DNA of 26,101 nucleotides from Rickettsiales bacterium (GTDB taxonomy: Bacteria > Pseudomonadota > Alphaproteobacteria > Rickettsiales > UBA1997). Numbering within the stretch: position 1 is the stretch's first letter; the number at the start of each line of letters is the position of its first letter. Where the stretch lies: assembly GCA_047627095.1 (NCBI GenBank), contig JBLHSZ010000001.1, positions 1-26,101 on the forward strand, read 5' to 3'. This document shows, piece by piece, positions 23,376 to 26,101 of the stretch. Made by a program: the position numbers and the translations under genes. The notes under the pieces are model-generated. The model did no database searches. It was not told the origin of the DNA and saw only the letters and a program-made list of their open reading frames with translations.

Positions 23376-26101
23376 TTTGGATTGTGAGTTTGGTTAATTT
23401 TTCAGATAAAGAGTTTTGACCGCAACGGTTTTTTAGGAAATCAAAATCAATTTCGCCAAGTTTTTGATCTTGGCCAACGCAAGCATAAAAGAATCTTTCC
23501 TTGCCAGTTTTTGGATCGATTTTCTTTTGCAAACATTGTGAACACACACCTTTTAACATACATTGCATTGGGCTGCTCAGACTGGTGATTCCAACTGCTG
23601 CATCGCTTAGGTTTGTTTTCAAATTACCATGATAAAGATCAGCAACTTTGTGCATCATAGCTTCATTTCCCATAGTCAAGACTACATCAATCTTTTGCTT
23701 AGGATTTTTGAAATGATTTTTGACAGCGTCAATAATATTTCCAGAGAAATGTTCTTCAGAATCACCTTCTTCAAAAGAGAGAACTAAATCGGAGCAAGAA
23801 TTTATTAATTCTTCATGTCTGACTAGATCGTCAATATTTTTAAATCCGCAGAACAATATTACATTGCAACCATTCTTTTTGTACTGGGAGGCAAGACCAG
23901 CTAGTGGAAAAATTCCTCTACCTCCGGCAATCAGAATAATATTTTTATTTTCAAAATTGTGAGTAGGGGTTCCTGATGGTCCCATAAAAATTATTGGCTC
24001 GCCAATTTCAAGGTTTTTAACTAAAGAAGAAGATCCTCCGGCATTGACAATCATTACCGTTATTGTTCCAGATTCAGGATCTACTTTGTAAGTCGTCACC
24101 GCAACACCTTCCATTGCCAGAGTTATTTTTGATGTTTTTTTGGCAATTGAATGGAAATTATGAAGTCTGAAAATATGCCCCAATTTGGTTTTTTTGGCCA
24201 GCAGTGGAGCTTGAACAACCAGCTCGATGAAATAGTCAGAAAGAATATTGACCTCTTTGACCTTCACTGCAAATTCTTGATTAATATGATTCAAAAATTC
24301 ATCGTAATTGACTGCTTTATTTTCCAGCGACTCTAAAGCTTCATTAATGATCGGATAACCATTTTTCGCACTCGCCATAGCCTTGACAACACTACCATTA
24401 AAACTTGGATGCAAATCACCAAAGAAACTAACCGCTTTTCCTTGATCGTTCTTGGCACATAGAAACCCAATTCCTTCACTTTTTGGTGAATTCATGGCGG
24501 GAAGTTTTTTCCCCAAAAGATCAATAATTTGGAAAGTTCCGCCATCTAATTCGAATTTTAGCTTATCTTCATAAAATGGAGCCTTATTTGGCGTGGTTCC
24601 AGCAGCTAAGAAAAGTGCCCGTGCGGGCATCTTTGTTTCATCGCCTAAATTATTTTTTACAATTAAATACTCAATATGTCCAAATCCATCATCAATTGCT
24701 TTTATTGGAGTTGTGTTTTCTACAAATTCAATTCCTTCTTCAAAGGCCTTTTGAACTTCTTCATGATTTAGCCGATAAGCTGGAGATTCTTGTAATGATT
24801 TTCGGTAGATTATTTTTGCACCGCCAAGTTTTTGCAGAATTGTCGGAATATTTTCTCCTGCATTTTTAGCTTCTAAAATTATTTTGTGATGATTGATAAA
24901 TTCTTGTGCAATCAATTTATCTTCCTCACCCCAGCTTTTTTCTACTTCTGCTTTTCCTAATTTTTTGCACAAATTTTCGTAATGATTAGCAAAATTTTCA
25001 ACTTGTTTGGGATAATACGCTAAAGCTTCGGTTGTGGTATCAACAGCTGTTAGTCCTGATCCGACCACTAAAATTGGCAGACGAACTTGAAGATTGGATG
25101 GCAAATCCTTGCGCTCCGCACCGGTCAATTGCAATGCCATCAGAAAATCTGACGCCATTCTGACACCTTTCAAAAGATTATTTTCAATTTCAGGAATCTT
25201 CGCCCATCCCGCGCCAAGACAAAGTGCGACATGATCAAAATCTTGTTCCTTTAGTGCATCAAAACAATCAAGCGCACTACCTAAACGAAAGCCACCAAAC
25301 ATTCTGAAATATTCTCTTCTTTCCAAAAGCAAACGAATTATTTTGAGAAAATTTTTGTCCCAACGAACAGTAATTCCATATTCTGCAACTCCACCAAAAC
25401 CGCTAAAATTTCTTTCATCTAGTTGGCGATAAATTGATTTGATGTCTTTGATGGGCGCGAACTCTTTGCGATTTCCATCCATGTCAATTCCTGATATTTC
25501 TGGATCCAAAGGTTCAATTTTCAAGCCATCAACTCCAACTACCAAATGTCCTTCATTCAATAAATAGTGAGCCAAAGTGTATCCTGCAGGACCAAGTCCT
25601 GCGACTAAAACTTTTTTACCGCTCGGATCTTTGGGAAGGGGGTTTTTTAAATTAAGTGGATTCCAACGCGTCAAAAGTGAATAGATCTCAAAGCCAAAAG
25701 GAAGATTCAAAACGTCTTTTAGAGTTCTGGTTTCAACTTGTGGAATATCGACAGGCTCTTGTTTTTGGTAGATGCAAGATTTCATGCAATCATTGCAGAT
25801 TCGATGACCAGTTCCTGCAATCAATGGATTGTCGACAATGGCTATTGCCAAAGCGGCAAGAGATTTTCCTTCATTTTTTAGAAGGTTCATTTCAGAGATT
25901 TTTTCATCCAAGGGGCAGCCAGAGAGCTCAACTTTGCTGTGGTTTGTTTTGAAGGTTTGATCTTTTTCTTTGAGCCCGGTTCTGCAGGAATCTTTGCCTT
26001 GTTTGTGACAATAGATGCAATAATTGGTTTCACCCAGAACTTCGTCAAGATTTGCACCTTGATCGGTCAATTTGAACCCATCGCGGTTTGTGAGTTTATT
26101 T
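23368..26101 (-). CDS. Fused Fe-S flavoprotein: GltD/NfnB-like domain plus PyrK/NfnA-like (FNR-type, [2Fe-2S]) domain; 5' end lies outside the window
   Basis: The frame stays open to the edge (NKLTNRDGFKLTDQG). Motifs: CIYC...C...GCP and GHRICNDCMKSC (two 4Fe-4S region), VAGLGPAG (FAD), GVRMASDFLMALQ, YRKSLQESPAYRLNHEE, APLLAKKTKLGHIFRL, FMGPSGTP, AGGRG and PMQCMLKGVCSQC...YAC ([2Fe-2S]). Confidence 0.9.
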   Translation of the reverse strand, partial: NKLTNRDGFKLTDQGANLDEVLGETNYCIYCHKQGKDSCRTGLKEKDQTFKTNHSKVELSGCPLDEKISEMNLLKNEGKSLAALAIAIVDNPLIAGTGHRICNDCMKSCIYQKQEPVDIPQVETRTLKDVLNLPFGFEIYSLLTRWNPLNLKNPLPKDPSGKKVLVAGLGPAGYTLAHYLLNEGHLVVGVDGLKIEPLDPEISGIDMDGNRKEFAPIKDIKSIYRQLDERNFSGFGGVAEYGITVRWDKNFLKIIRLLLERREYFRMFGGFRLGSALDCFDALKEQDFDHVALCLGAGWAKIPEIENNLLKGVRMASDFLMALQLTGAERKDLPSNLQVRLPILVVGSGLTAVDTTTEALAYYPKQVENFANHYENLCKKLGKAEVEKSWGEEDKLIAQEFINHHKIILEAKNAGENIPTILQKLGGAKIIYRKSLQESPAYRLNHEEVQKAFEEGIEFVENTTPIKAIDDGFGHIEYLIVKNNLGDETKMPARALFLAAGTTPNKAPFYEDKLKFELDGGTFQIIDLLGKKLPAMNSPKSEGIGFLCAKNDQGKAVSFFGDLHPSFNGSVVKAMASAKNGYPIINEALESLENKAVNYDEFLNHINQEFAVKVKEVNILSDYFIELVVQAPLLAKKTKLGHIFRLHNFHSIAKKTSKITLAMEGVAVTTYKVDPESGTITVMIVNAGGSSSLVKNLEIGEPIIFMGPSGTPTHNFENKNIILIAGGRGIFPLAGLASQYKKNGCNVILFCGFKNIDDLVRHEELINSCSDLVLSFEEGDSEEHFSGNIIDAVKNHFKNPKQKIDVVLTMGNEAMMHKVADLYHGNLKTNLSDAAVGITSLSSPMQCMLKGVCSQCLQKKIDPKTGKERFFYACVGQDQKLGEIDFDFLKNRCGQNSLSEKLTKLTIQNV

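Noticed and set aside
26068-26070. TTG at 26070 as the start of the oxidoreductase
   Set aside because: The frame stays open to the window edge and encodes conserved-looking RDGFKLTD, so the gene starts outside the window.

Overview
AT-rich (roughly one-third GC by eye) bacterial chromosome segment, most likely from a metabolically rich Rickettsiales-like alphaproteobacterium. That is inferred from an alpha-type RpoH promoter, IalB-like and alpha-type MerR genes, alpha-type CarB motifs, yajC-secD without secF and a Rickettsia-type fused flavoprotein; no database search was possible. It holds 25 CDS, two cut by the window edges: groEL (partial), groES, grxC, a Q/N/Y/P-rich lipoprotein, ribD, icd, a Bax-like glucosaminidase, recJ, a stand-alone C-terminal half of carB, pstB, lpdA, mscS, an exported 11-mer-repeat charged protein, secD, yajC, purD, phoU, an IalB-like protein, a DMT transporter, a MerR regulator, an orphan GAF-PAS hybrid histidine kinase, xth, an orphan 516-aa protein, an SmpA/OmlA-like lipoprotein and a GltD/NfnB-PyrK/NfnA fusion flavoprotein (partial). 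I found no rRNA, tRNA, CRISPR array, IS or prophage. The top lead is ORF 21316..22866. It begins with what looks like a eukaryotic mitochondrial presequence (R-3 cleavage motif RRNL|S) plus a transmembrane stop-transfer segment, followed by a degenerate NB-ARC/STAND module and a Pro/Ser/Thr tail, making it a candidate mitochondria-targeted NLR-like effector. The second lead is an apparently genuine split carB with its own predicted promoter and terminator.
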